A DNA stretch of 63,859 nucleotides, counting the filler, from Bigelowiella natans CCMP2755 (Eukaryota > Protista > Cercozoa): assembly GCA_000320545.1 (NCBI GenBank). It is 6 parts of 6 records of this genome, joined end to end, with 100 filler letters (N's around TTAATTAATTAA, not from the genome) between each part and the next. Parts side by side here need not be neighbours in the genome. Positions count along the whole stretch, not along the records: positions 1 to 23,286 come from ADNK01002543.1; 5 more parts are not named here. One strand, given 5' to 3'. Both the position numbers and the translations under genes were made by a program. This document shows, piece after piece, positions 1-12,011 of the stretch (the stretch's first letter is position 1; every line of letters starts with the position of its first letter). Below the pieces are notes generated by a model. That model did not search any database. It had not been told where the DNA came from and saw only the letters and a list, made by a program, of their open reading frames with translations.

Positions 1-375
1 AAGACAGTGTCACACGTGCTTGTCACAAAGCTGTCTGCCACGAACCAGCCCTTCATCCATGGTGCAGACGCGTCGGATGTTGCTGGAGGTGCTGCGCTTT
101 CCCAGGGTGATTGGAGGGAGTGAGCGTCTGCTGGCGTGCCGCTCCTTCGCTTGGAAAACGAACGAGTGAAGCTGTCACGTTGCACGTGAAGAGCTTGCGG
201 GCTGGGAAGAAGGGGCTTCACAGGTTCCAGCACATTGCGAAAGGCTGCCCGATTTCAATTCGCATGGATGCGAAAACGGCGCGGTGTTTTCGCGCTCCAT
301 GGGATGGGTGAAGTGCAGCTGCCACGTGCAAGGCCAAGGGCTGGGTGCTCTGGATGTCCTTTTGTGTTCTTTTTT
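1..375. repeat. TpA-depleted degenerate repeat fragment (end of an edited island that continues beyond the window)
   Basis: No TA dinucleotide seen until ~376. CA/TG/GCA/TGC are abundant, with the same texture as the 9.9-22 kb cluster. Confidence 0.55.
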
Positions 376-539
376 TATTGAAAGGAGGACCAGCACGCCA
401 ATGCACCTCTTTTTTTGAGGGCGGAGGCCGACGAAACTCGAAAAGAAACCAAATAGCATCGGCAGTCGCAAACATTTTTTTTTTTTTTTTTTGTCTTTCC
501 CCCCCCCCCCCCCCCCCCCCCCCTCTTTCCTCCGTTCCA

Positions 540-3389
540 CTACCATCTTCTTTTATGTGGCTGGCTGATGCCGATTTCGCTATTATTACCTCCGTTACAC
601 GCCAAAAAGCTATCTTCGTTGGAGCACATGCATACACCATTCAGTCTGCGCTGTAGCCCCGCCCATTCCCATTTCTTTTCAAAACCCAGCATTTTTGCTG
701 TAACGTGTCCTTGCCCTCCCGTCAGTGTCGGGGCCGCAGATATGCATGCACTAACTTTCGTAGGATGGACATCGAGATTAACCGGTAGATACACGCCAAC
801 TACTGCAACAGACAACCCAATCGAAGCCGTTAGCCCGCCGAAAGCTGTCACAGAAACCGAGGCGTCAAGACGCATCGAAGCATCTATCCAAGGTGATATA
901 GTGACGTATTTTGACTGCTCCTTGGACACGGCGAGTACGGATGGCATATTGCTATCATAGCCGAGGTTGATAGCAAGCTGTTGCTGATGAATCGCCTTTT
1001 TCGCGCGGTGCGATTGTCTTATCTGGCGGTGGTGTCGATGTTGTTGGTGGCTGTAGCCCTGGTAGCTGTTGTGGTGTCTTCCTGAATGAATATTGGTTCC
1101 GTTTATCTCGATGAACAAGGCGGGATTTGTAGATTGTTCTGTAGTTTCGGAAGAAGAAGAAGAAGAATCACTCAAGTCGTCGTAAGGACACACGCCATAG
1201 CCAACTCCTGCGTAGAAATCCGCAAGAAGAGCTATCGACACCTACAGATATGGAGGTTGGGAGGAGGAGGAAGAGAGCGCACCAGAAAAATGAAGGAAAA
1301 TCATGATAAAACACACAATACGGCTTATCGCTTGCGAGAACATCAATTTCAATATTCTTCGTCTTAATAACATGAGTATGTTTTGGTGGTTATTAAAGTA
1401 GTTACATCCAGCTCAATGCCGTGTATTGCGAATGCCAGCCCGAGACTAAAGATGCTCAGGTTATCAACGTGTGCAAGCGGCAGCTTCGCGCTCACAGTCG
1501 CCTCCCCGCCCTGGCACTCCGTGACATACCTGTGCACGCAAAACACCGAGCATTTGATGGTCTGAAGACAAATACATCAACGCAGTTGCTGTATCCATGT
1601 ACGGCAGTCTTCATGCATTTCCTCTAATGGTTAGCGTTAATGTACCGATGCGGACTTCCGTAGGTCAATGCTCTTCGGAGTTGCGCTGCTTCCATGCGCT
1701 GATGCTGTTGGTTCTTCTCATATTTAGTGTTGCTATCAGCATGGATTTCCTTTTTTCCTACTCGCTGTTCTCGATGCTGCTGCACCTTCCTTGGGTGACG
1801 AGGATAATGGCGGTGATGGTGGTGGCTCTCAGAAGAATGGCGGGGGTGAGGCATGGAAGATGAGTTAGAGATTCTGTTCTCGAAGGAATTGAAATATATA
1901 GCATCTCCATTGTAGTCATTCAAAGGATAAATGGCTGCAGCCTGGTGGACACTAGACAATGATGATGACGTATCCAGCAATCGTGCCTGTAGTTTCAGAT
2001 AAACGAGAGAAAAGGGAGGAGGGGAGGACAGACGGAAAGGGGGAACAGATGTACAATAATCATTTCTTAGAACGACAAACAAGGGAAGGAATGCAAAAAA
2101 TATTGATAACATGTCCCTTAAAAGAAGAATCTCATACACTTTCTTAAAAGTCTAAGAAGGTTTCAATGGATAGAATACGAGACGGTTGTGCATATCTCCT
2201 TCAATAGATAATATCCGATATCACGAGGCACTCGTGGCACCGGTTCTAAAAACGTTCTACTCCGTATCGCCTTCTATTCGTGACTATTGTAGCACACAGA
2301 TCACAAAATAAGCCTTACCCTCCAAGCAGCAAAATCCTTTATCTCCCCTTTTGCGCCGTGGTGGTTATGATTATTTCCCTCTGCGGTCTTGAATGTCTCG
2401 TAGATGACTTCGACTATGTTCCTTGCGATGCGGATGGATTTCTTAATCCATAGCAATGAATCGTACGAGCTCGATTGGCCATCAGCAAGGGCGGAGGATA
2501 ACGAGTCGGTGACGCGGTCATAGCTGAGATTTGATATGCATGTAAGTTAAAGTTTAGATGATTTACCGCACCGTTTGTGTAATTTGGTGTTGTTGAGCTG
2601 AAAAAACTTTCCCCTGGTCATTCAAATGTGTTGGTACGTGTAAGGGAGGCAATAAAGATATACTGATTAATTTCTTTTCGGACAATGGTTTATTCTGATT
2701 TCGTCTTGTGTGTATCAATCTATATGAACTGTTTGGATAAATGTTCTTTTGTTTGTTAATCTCAACGTACGCGTTTAGCATTGCATCGAATTGATGCCTG
2801 GCCTTTTCGATATCGATGAGGCTGCCAATTGATTGCGACTTAAGAATAGTCATTGAGTGCCATACATCTTTCAGCATCTGGAACGTCTGCCATGTTTCAA
2901 TCGCCGCCTCTATCTGTATCAACCCAAACAACATACTGAGCAAAGCACGTAAAGAAGGAAAGCCAACGGAATAGATGCATTCCGATGTGCAAAAGAGACT
3001 TTTCTGCATCTGCATTCATATGAGAGGTATCTCTCCCAATCGCTTTGCCTAAAAAAATGACAATGCCCCCCCCCCCCCCCCCCCGCCTCCCCCTCTTTCA
3101 GGAAGTATTGGGCTCAACTACCAGATCAGGAACCACGGACGAGAACTTGTTGACAAGGTCCAAACCCTTCTTGGCGCTCTGGAACATCTCATTTCCTTCT
3201 AACCCTTTTTTACCCACTGCCAACAAGTCGAAATTGAATTGTTTCCTGAGTGCCATTTGTTAGAATTAGATGATGCAAAAGGGTAGCTACAGGCTGCGGA
3301 TAGTAAGATTGGTACAATCGCCCTTTCCAGGAAAATTAGTTGTGCGAAATTTGAATCTATTTCAAGTGAATCCATCACACATATGTACA

Positions 3390-3431
<42 letters not shown>

Positions 3432-4990
3432 CTACTTTGGTATATATTTAATACAAATATAATGAATCTGTTTTCAAATTGTTCGTCCTCCCAATACTTT
3501 ATGTTTGTTGCGAAGCATTCTCCAATTGTTGTAGCAACTTTGAAGAGTTCCTGCGCTTTTCCAATAGCATTTGCCACGTTCTTTGCCGATACAACGTCTA
3601 GACTATCTAAAATTGCCTTGAATTTGTCCTTAAACCTGTCTGGTTTGCCACTGAAACACATGAAAACCTGAACAATGCATTCGTGTGTGTAAGACATCTG
3701 TTCGGATTCTGATTTACAACTGTTTGTTTTGATATGAGTCATTGAATGATTGGTATGAAAATATTCAGGGTGTAAATGCTGGGTATTTTATTTCTCATCA
3801 TATCCGTAGGATAGGTTACGACTTTGACGACGAATTACCGAATCCAATTTCTTTGCTAGCTTCTCTGCATTATCAGACCACGTAGCCACTGCCTGGATAT
3901 TTGTATCGAAAGTATCGCCAAAGAGAGTAGCGAGATTAGTTTTGAAGCTGCCAAGATCGGTCGTCATTTCCTTCATTTGCGAGCTGAATACGGGGAGAAA
4001 ACGGGACTTTTTGTCCCCCGACAGAAGCAAGTTTTTAAGCCCTTTTCCGCTGAAAGACGCGCCAAATGCAGAAGCGGAATTCGCCATTTTTTCCAAGTCC
4101 TCGATGATTTTCACGGTCTGGTCCATAACGTTCTTGATTTTCGTCGCGACTCCATCGGCAAGGGTTAAACCTTGTACTGACGTCTTGAGGAAATTCTGTA
4201 CATTCTCCTCAGCCGATGTGCTCATTGCTTTGGAAGCTGCTTGTTCCAGTGAGGTTAAGATGGAATCAATTGTCGCCTGAGTCGCATTAGCCGTTACTTT
4301 GGCTTTGATAGCATTTAAAACCGTTTGTATCTTGACAATGCCTTCGCTTGCTGCTTTAAGTTGTTTCTTGATGTCGTCGATGCTTATACCACTTCTCATA
4401 TACGTCGCAGCACCAGCACTAGTAAGAGTAGTAGTATTTGCGGTTATCTCTAGCAGAGATGGTCCTGAATGAAGAATATGTTGCGGTGTGAGGAGGGAGG
4501 GGGCTGAGCTTACCGAATCTACACTAATATGCCATGAAATGATTTATTGGTGTTTTTCCTTTGCTGATGATATGCTCTACTAATGATTCTAAATGAGAGC
4601 AACACTTGAATAACTTCTACTATTACCGCTCGTACAAGCATCCGAACCCATCAAGATAATGAGAACGCCCTTCACGGAGGAAAGCGTCATCGATGTCTTC
4701 GCTAGGAGCATATCCATCAATTGCTGACTCGGGGTTACATAGCTTTCCATGAGCGCTGCTGTCTTATCCTTGAGCTGAATTGTCGTGCAAATACTGGCGG
4801 TGCACGCGTTAGCGCCTTTTTCAACATATCCTATGAGGGATTTCACGTCGGTGTATCGCTTAGTGACCTCTTGAACAACTTTCTGGGCCTCTAGCACGGC
4901 ACCGTAGATGCTTCCTGCTGAATCACATGCATCTGGAATGATCCATGAGAACCACCTAAACAATATCCGATTGCCAAAATAAATATATCA

Positions 4991-5034
<44 letters not shown>

Positions 5035-6036
5035 GATGTAGCGCAGATGGAGAGGCAAAATTATAAACATTAGCTTCAAGCAGAATGTGTAGAGTGGTGG
5101 AAAATATGATTAGAGAAAACATCTGACGGAATATATAGGGGAAATGATTGGCGCATTCTAATATTTTCATACGAAAGGCATCTACTCCTACTCAAGGTTT
5201 TGCATCTGCTAATAACAATTGCACTTATCAATTCGTGCCTCTAACTTTAGCATCTCACCCCGACTCTTTGTTGGAGATTGTGGTCATCAATTGATTTAAC
5301 GCGAGGCTGTAAATTGCGTCCGTATTTACAATTTCTTTCAACGCTCTGGATGACAAAAAGTCCATTACAGATGCAAGGATTTGAGAGATGTCGCCGGTAA
5401 GTTCTGCTTCGAGACCGAAGAATTTGAATGTGGGCTTTAGCCTTGTAAACCGCGGGGCGGGGATAAGCCCAAGGGAAGGGTTCCATTCCAGCGAGAATGC
5501 CTCTCCAGAGCTCATCGGAGACTCGAGAAAGAGGTTCAGGGACATTTCAGAAACGATTCCGGAATCGCCGACTGTGTGCATGCTGCTGGAGTTTACTCTA
5601 CCATGGTGATGGTGGTGGTATAGGTTAGTCCTGCTCTTATTCTGGTCAAGGTGTGAATGGTGATGATGATGGCGAGAGGAGTGGCTGTGAGAGCTAGTAT
5701 TCTCTCCATTCGACTCCTTTTCTGTCTTCTTAAACTGAGAAGATGCTTGAGCGGTGAATGTTGCCTTGACGAACTCCGACCCTCCCACCGTGTAGGTAGT
5801 TTTCTTCTCAAATATCTGCAAGCCTTTCAAGAGATCCTCTAGAGGCGCGTCTAAACAAATGACGTAATGCATAGTTAGCAAGACTATCTATCACCAATAT
5901 ATTGGATGATGGGGAAAAATGTAGAGAAAAGAAGAGGAAGAATGCGAACGTAAGCCAAAAGCTTCAATTGAATGAGGTGTCCATAGCTAGGTGCCGTACA
6001 TCATGATTTGTTCCGGCGGATGTGTGCATGTGTGTG

Positions 6037-6067
<31 letters not shown>

Positions 6068-6719
6068 CTTTATCCCTACTCACTGTCAGTGTCACAATTG
6101 CTGGGGGGAGAGGAGGGGGGGGGAGGGGAAAGGGAGAGGGATGCATGGGATTTGGAAATTACATCCCCCATCTTCGATCTTCGCCAACATGGCATCTTTG
6201 AAGGCCTTGGCCTGACCCTTGAGCGTCTCCATGACTTGTATTACTTCCTTCAACGCGCTTGATAGGTCCTGTGCAAACTTAACCGCAACCTCTGCGGGTT
6301 TCTGGAGTTCTGCATACAGCATATTGACGGCGGCGTTATGCGTTTGGTGACCGATTCCATTCGTTCCGACCTCGCTTACTTCTGACCCCTCCCCTTCCCC
6401 GCTGTCTTCGCCACTTTGAATCTCGTCGGCGTAATCGTACTTTCGGAGGGGATCAGCGATTAGCACGAGTGCCTCCCATTGGGTATGCGCGCCATTGAGA
6501 AAGTCAGTGAAAGGCTTGAGCAGCTCTTTGATGTTGTTGTGTAATGTTGCCGTGTTGGTGTCGCTCAAATACTCCCCGAGAGCCTCCTTCATTGACTCGT
6601 CCATGTACTTATTGAATCGATAGATGAATCTAGGGGTGGTAGTGTCAAAATCAGTTAGGAATACGTATAGTAGAGTGTTGGAGAAATGCTAGACTAGACT
6701 CTACACACACACACCACAT

Positions 6720-6758
<39 letters not shown>

Positions 6759-7473
6759 ATATACTATTGTATTCCTACCGATTCTCTCTCTATCAATCTG
6801 ACAAAGTACCTCCATCCCTCCCCCCTCACATTACATCACACATCATTACCGCTTTACTGCAGAGTTCATGGATTCTACAACGGAGAACAATATGTGTACT
6901 GAATCCACAAATCGCACCGGCAGCTCATTCTGAAGCGTCTTGTAGGTGTCACAGAAGGCATTGCAGGCAGCTTGCTCCACAACACCTGCAATGGCCATCT
7001 TCAGCTCACGATGAAACAAATCCGTAGATTTCCACAATCCATGCGTCGCTTTCCAAACCGTAAGTGACCATTCAATGTATCTGGGAAATTAAAAAGAGGG
7101 TAGAGGGCAATGAGAATGGGGTTGCGATCAAAATCCTTCGACTAAAAAATGGTGCTGAATGTATTGTGCAAGGGCTAAATGTACTGTGCAGTTCTCCCTC
7201 CTCTTCCCTTGCCAACCGTCCTATTCCTCTTTTATTTGTGTTTGCAGTGCTGTAGCTACAATCACATACTCTTCAACGTCAGCGACGAATATCTGGAAAG
7301 TGCTTGGCTCACCATGTATCCCTGAACCTTGCCTGCCTTTGGAAAGGTGGCTGTGATGGCGTGGATGCTTCTCCCTACCGTTCCGCAGCTGAAGAATTCG
7401 AGATTTCGAAGCATACTCGATGAAATATTGCTGCTCTCGCGTTAGCATATCTCCCCGAGCTTCTTTGTGCACC

Positions 7474-7505
<32 letters not shown>

Positions 7506-7937
7506 GTTTACTGAAGAATGGTGGTGCTGTGGGTGCGTGTGATGACGATGATGTCGGGATTTATGTGGGTCTTGGTAGGTTTCCCCCCCTACTGCTGGTG
7601 CTCTTTCTTTCTTCTGTGCCGCACTTGCTGCAGATTCAAGCATAATAGCTGTCGAAGCTGCTGCTGCTGCTGCTGCTGTCCTCTTCGCAGCCTTTGTGTT
7701 GGTTAGGGATTCTCTGTCTTCTTCTCGGTCATGGCAGTACTCCTCATCTCCATAGGAAAGAGCTTCGCCAGTGACACTGTCAAGGCTTGTTGGGAAGAGC
7801 TGCGCAGCAACCTTTGTGGATGATGGCAGTGGTGAGAGGGATTCTGATGCGAAGATAGGTGATGATGATGAGGCCTTTTCCAACGTCATATCCGACACCA
7901 AATGGATATCGCCATTATCACCAGCATTGAGCTTTAT
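540..7937 (-). CDS. Large multi-exon uncharacterised protein (amphipathic helical middle, beta-rich C-terminus, His/Ser-rich spacers); exon boundaries approximate
   Basis: Series of co-oriented minus-strand ORFs with protein-like composition (540-1241, 1624-1960, 3788-4399, 4589-4963, 5255-5790, 6150-6630, 6846-7080, 7270-7937), separated by GT-AG introns containing microsatellites. No family motif recognised. Confidence 0.5.
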
Positions 7938-9974
7938 CTGGGGTGAACAAGAGGCCGAAGAAAGGCATCAGAGTTGCTGGGACGAGTGTATATAAACTTA
8001 AATATAATAGAAGCGATTATAACTGTTTGTGTCGAAAATCAAATTGTATCAGACTGTGTATGCATAAGCGTCACTTTTAATGTGTCTTTTTTGTTACGTT
8101 GTGAATGGTGATCTTCTCCGTTGAATGTGCACGATGGAGACTTCCATTCTTGGGATCAATAATCACATGCGCGCGTCGTTTGCGGGATGACTCAGCAGCA
8201 ATAACAATCTTCTTCTTTGGATTATTATTATCAGGAAGCTTTGTCTGATGTTGTCTTTTTTTTGAATACACACGCGTTTCAGAGATTTTCCGCATCAACT
8301 GTACACCATCTAGCGACTCGGCGAAGTGCGGGTCATGGCGGAAACTCGCTGTATAATGAGAGTTATCTGAAAAACAGCATGCCATTCAGACTTAGGCGAA
8401 GAACTGACTTCTCGCAGCACAAAGGGTAAGTGTCAAATTTGCACTGCATCGTGCGTAAAAAAATAAACAGAAATAATTTTCAGCATTTGTTAAAGAATAC
8501 CATCATTGCCTTCTTGAAACGACGACGATAGCTGCCCTTGCTTTCTGCGCTGCAGGGCGATAACTTGTCCGATGGATTTGAGTATGCTTCTCCCCTCCCT
8601 CGTGGTTCCCACGGCAAAGTCATAGCAATCTGGAACAAGATGTTGTATAAGGCAGCAGGTGTAAAACCACATGTCGTCTTTTTAGACAATAGTGACCGTT
8701 TTGGTGCTGTTTTGTGAGGACTTCCAACCGCTAAATTGTGTGTTTCCTCTCACGTTCACTCCCCCGTTTGCCCATCATGCTCTCTCGATTCATTGTTGTT
8801 TTCAATTATCTGCGTTAATTAATTTTCTGAAGGGACGTTATTATTATTTTCTTGTGGATTTCTACCAATAGAGCCGTCTGCGTTTATTAGAAAGCGTGCT
8901 AATAAAGGGCCTTCCCTGCAAAAGAAGTAGAATCACTGCTTAAATAACGGGTCTTCATCGTTTCGGTACTGCTGTGAATAAACACTGTATAACTTAACGG
9001 AGATACTACCTTTTAGTATTCTTGTCCCGACTTTTTGGAGTATGTCTTTGGTAATTCGTCACTATCATGCGATATGCATGCGGTGATGGAACTTCGGTGT
9101 AGTTGTTATTGACAGAGGCTTGGCTTTCCTTCTTCGGGAGTATTTTGCATATTTGCTTGACCTCCACCTTACATGATTGAAAGCAGCAGCAAATATAAGC
9201 ATTTCATGTATTTTGAATCCAACCGTTATAGTATATTATACCTCTGCCGTGACATGTGCCAAGTCTATCTTACGTAAAGCTTCAATTCTAAATATTGGAA
9301 GGGCTCGGTGAGGAGTAGACATTCTGATATAGAGAATTACATGTATCAAATCGTTAATACCTTCTGATTGTTTGAGTAAGTCTAAAGGACTCTGTTGTTC
9401 CGGTGTTAACTTTTACTGCGACGGAGGCTGTGGTCCCGTGTTCAAAGCAGCACCCTGCGAAGATTAGAAACCAGAAAATGGCCAACATAGGGAAGCAAAT
9501 CTTCGGTTTTAACCCTCGAATCACTTCCAAGTTTCTGTAGATTTGTAATTCCTACTGTTGTTTAATTTCGACTTCACAGGAATGTTGCTGCAATTATCCT
9601 CTTCCTCTAGCTGGGTAGGGGAAATGAGAAGCGACGCAGGTTGAGATCTGCCAGCATCAGAGATACAAATTTCTGTTTCGAATTTAAAAAATTGGAACCA
9701 TCCGTTTTTTTTTTAATTTGTTTGTTTATTCATTCGCATTTCCAAAGGAAAACTGTTTCCTACTGTGATTCATCAGAGAAATCCATGAAATGGAACAGAA
9801 AAACATCAAAAAAGCACTGTTACGCAACCAATGTGTTGAGTTCATGCACTAGATCAAAAAAGCGGTGTTCAAAAAAAAATCATGAAATCGCCTCGAATTT
9901 TTAAAAAAATGATCACAATCCGAAAACAGGATTCACGTCGCAAAAGGCGGCCCAAAAGGAAACCCTTTGTCCAT

Positions 9975-12011
9975 CATGGCCCTTGTGTGTGCATGGCAGA
10001 ATGTCAGAATGCCAAGCTGGGTTCCGCCGCTCTAGATCGTGTCAGGAGCAGATGTTCAACCTGAGTTCCATTGTTGAAGGCCGGAAACGCCAGGGTCAGA
10101 CCACCTTCCTGGTGTTCATGGATTTGCGCAAGGCTCATGACTGCGTGTGGCGAAAAGGCATGCTGGTGAAGCTGGCAAGAATGGGAATCAAAGGTCGCAT
10201 CTGGAGTCTTTTGGATGCCTCTTTTCACCGCTTTGACCGGTGGGTCAGGACGCCATCCTCCATGCCCGTTGGCGACGTGCCAGACAAGAAACACGTGTTC
10301 TCCTTGCCACGTGGACCACCTCAAGGGGCAGTGGAATCGCCTCTGTGTTTCAGTGTGTTTGTGGAAGATTTGGTCCCAGAGCCACGTCGGCGGGATCTGG
10401 GGGTGCCCACTGCATTCGGCAGAATTGCCATTCTGTTGTTTGCTGATGACACGGTGCTGCTCGCCTCTTCGGTGGCTGAGACACGCATTTTTTTGCAGGT
10501 CGTGGATGCTCACTTCAGAAAGTGGCGTTTGAAACTCAATCCGTCTCCAAAAACGATGTGGATGTGCGTCGGTGCACAACCACCTCTCCGCAGTCGAATG
10601 TCTTCGCTGAAGTTCCACTGCAATGGTCACTGGCTGGAAAGGACCGACTCTTGCACGCACTTGGGAGTCCTCTTCAAGTCTTCTCTGGATTGGAAAGAAC
10701 AGGCTGCTTCCAATGCCCGCAAAGCCCGGCGAGCCCTCTTCGCGATGAAAAGAATGTGCTCAACTGCCGGAGAAAAACTCTCTCCCAGAGCTTTCATCAC
10801 CGTTCACAAGGCCATGGTGCGGCCGCTGATGGAGCGTGCGGCAGCTGTGTGGAGTCCGTCATCACCGGCCCATTCGCTCCGCCTCCTTGAAGGGGTTCAA
10901 AGTGAAGCCATGCGCTGGGCATTGCGTGCGCCTGTGCGCATTCCAGCTGTGGCCATTCGACTGGAATTGGGTCTTCCGTCAATGGCCTCAAGGCTTCAAA
11001 CTCTGACAATGCGGTTCTTCTTGAAGAGTGCATCTTTCACAAAGCGTCTTTGCAGCTCCTTGTGGGATTCTTGCTTCCAACTTGACTTGCTTCCTGCTCG
11101 CTCCATCAAGCGTCTGATCCTTTCGGTTCTCCAAAGTGCTCCTCCCAACCTCTTGGCTTCCAATTCCTTGACGGAATGGGTTGCGGCACGGAACTCTCAA
11201 ACCTCCTCAATTGCATCTCGCGATGCTCGTTTGGTGCGTGCCCAGGTGAGCAGAATGCATTCTCTTCGGCACCTTTTGGAAGTTCGGTCGTGGGAGCCGA
11301 TTTCCAAGCTGCAATTTTGGAGCCAGGGGGAAGTGGGCAAACCGGCCCATCTTCACTGCTCCAAGCACCTCGATGAATGGAACGATGCCCGTGGTGTGTC
11401 CCTCAAATTCCAAGCTCGTTGTGGAGCCTTGTGGTGGCGTCACAACACTGCCAGGTTCTTCGCACTGGAGCAACGTGAGGGCTGGTGCTCCTCGTGCGAT
11501 TCTCACGAAGACACGTCCCTGATGCACCTTTTGTTCTCCTGCCAAGGAACGTGTGACATCAGAGACCGTTTTTGGACCAGGATTCGTCACCTGGTGTCTC
11601 GTCATCAACCTGATGCCAATGATGACGTGGTCACGTTGCGTGCTTTCTCTGCCATGTCTTCCCATGACAAGTTTTGCCTCGCTTTGGGGGCCACATCTGG
11701 TGTCCCTTCGACTGACAAAGAAATCGACAGGGCTTTCCGTCGAACCATTGTCCTGCTTGACACTTTTGCTGCGGTTCGGCATCCAAGATGCCAGCTTCAG
11801 TTCCAACCAATTCACATCTCAACGGCACCATTGATCGGCATCCATGCCAATTTCAGGGGATGCGGCTGATTTTTTGTGTCTCTCACCAACAGGGTGCTGA
11901 CAAGTCCTTGCAACGAGTGTTGTTGAGGCTCTGCTGCGTGCAAATGCCTGTCTCCCATGTGGTTCTGGCGCGTGTGGTTTTGATCAACGCTTTCTTCATT
12001 GTTCATTGTTC
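9975..12011 (+). mobile_element. 5'-truncated non-LTR retrotransposon (LINE), RT + C-terminal Zn knuckle, with 3' UTR and (TTCATTG)n tail; TpA-hypermutated
   Basis: ORF 9983-11869 has QAGFRRSRS, DLRKAHD (=KAYD), GPPQG..SP (=GLPQG), LFADD, CTHLG (=YxYLG) and CSSC..E...HLLFSC. No Tyr in 628 aa. Confidence 0.92.

Noticed and set aside
8000-9640. Possible coding region or pseudogene on the minus strand
   Set aside because: It has a coding-like texture but only short ORFs and no recognisable motif.
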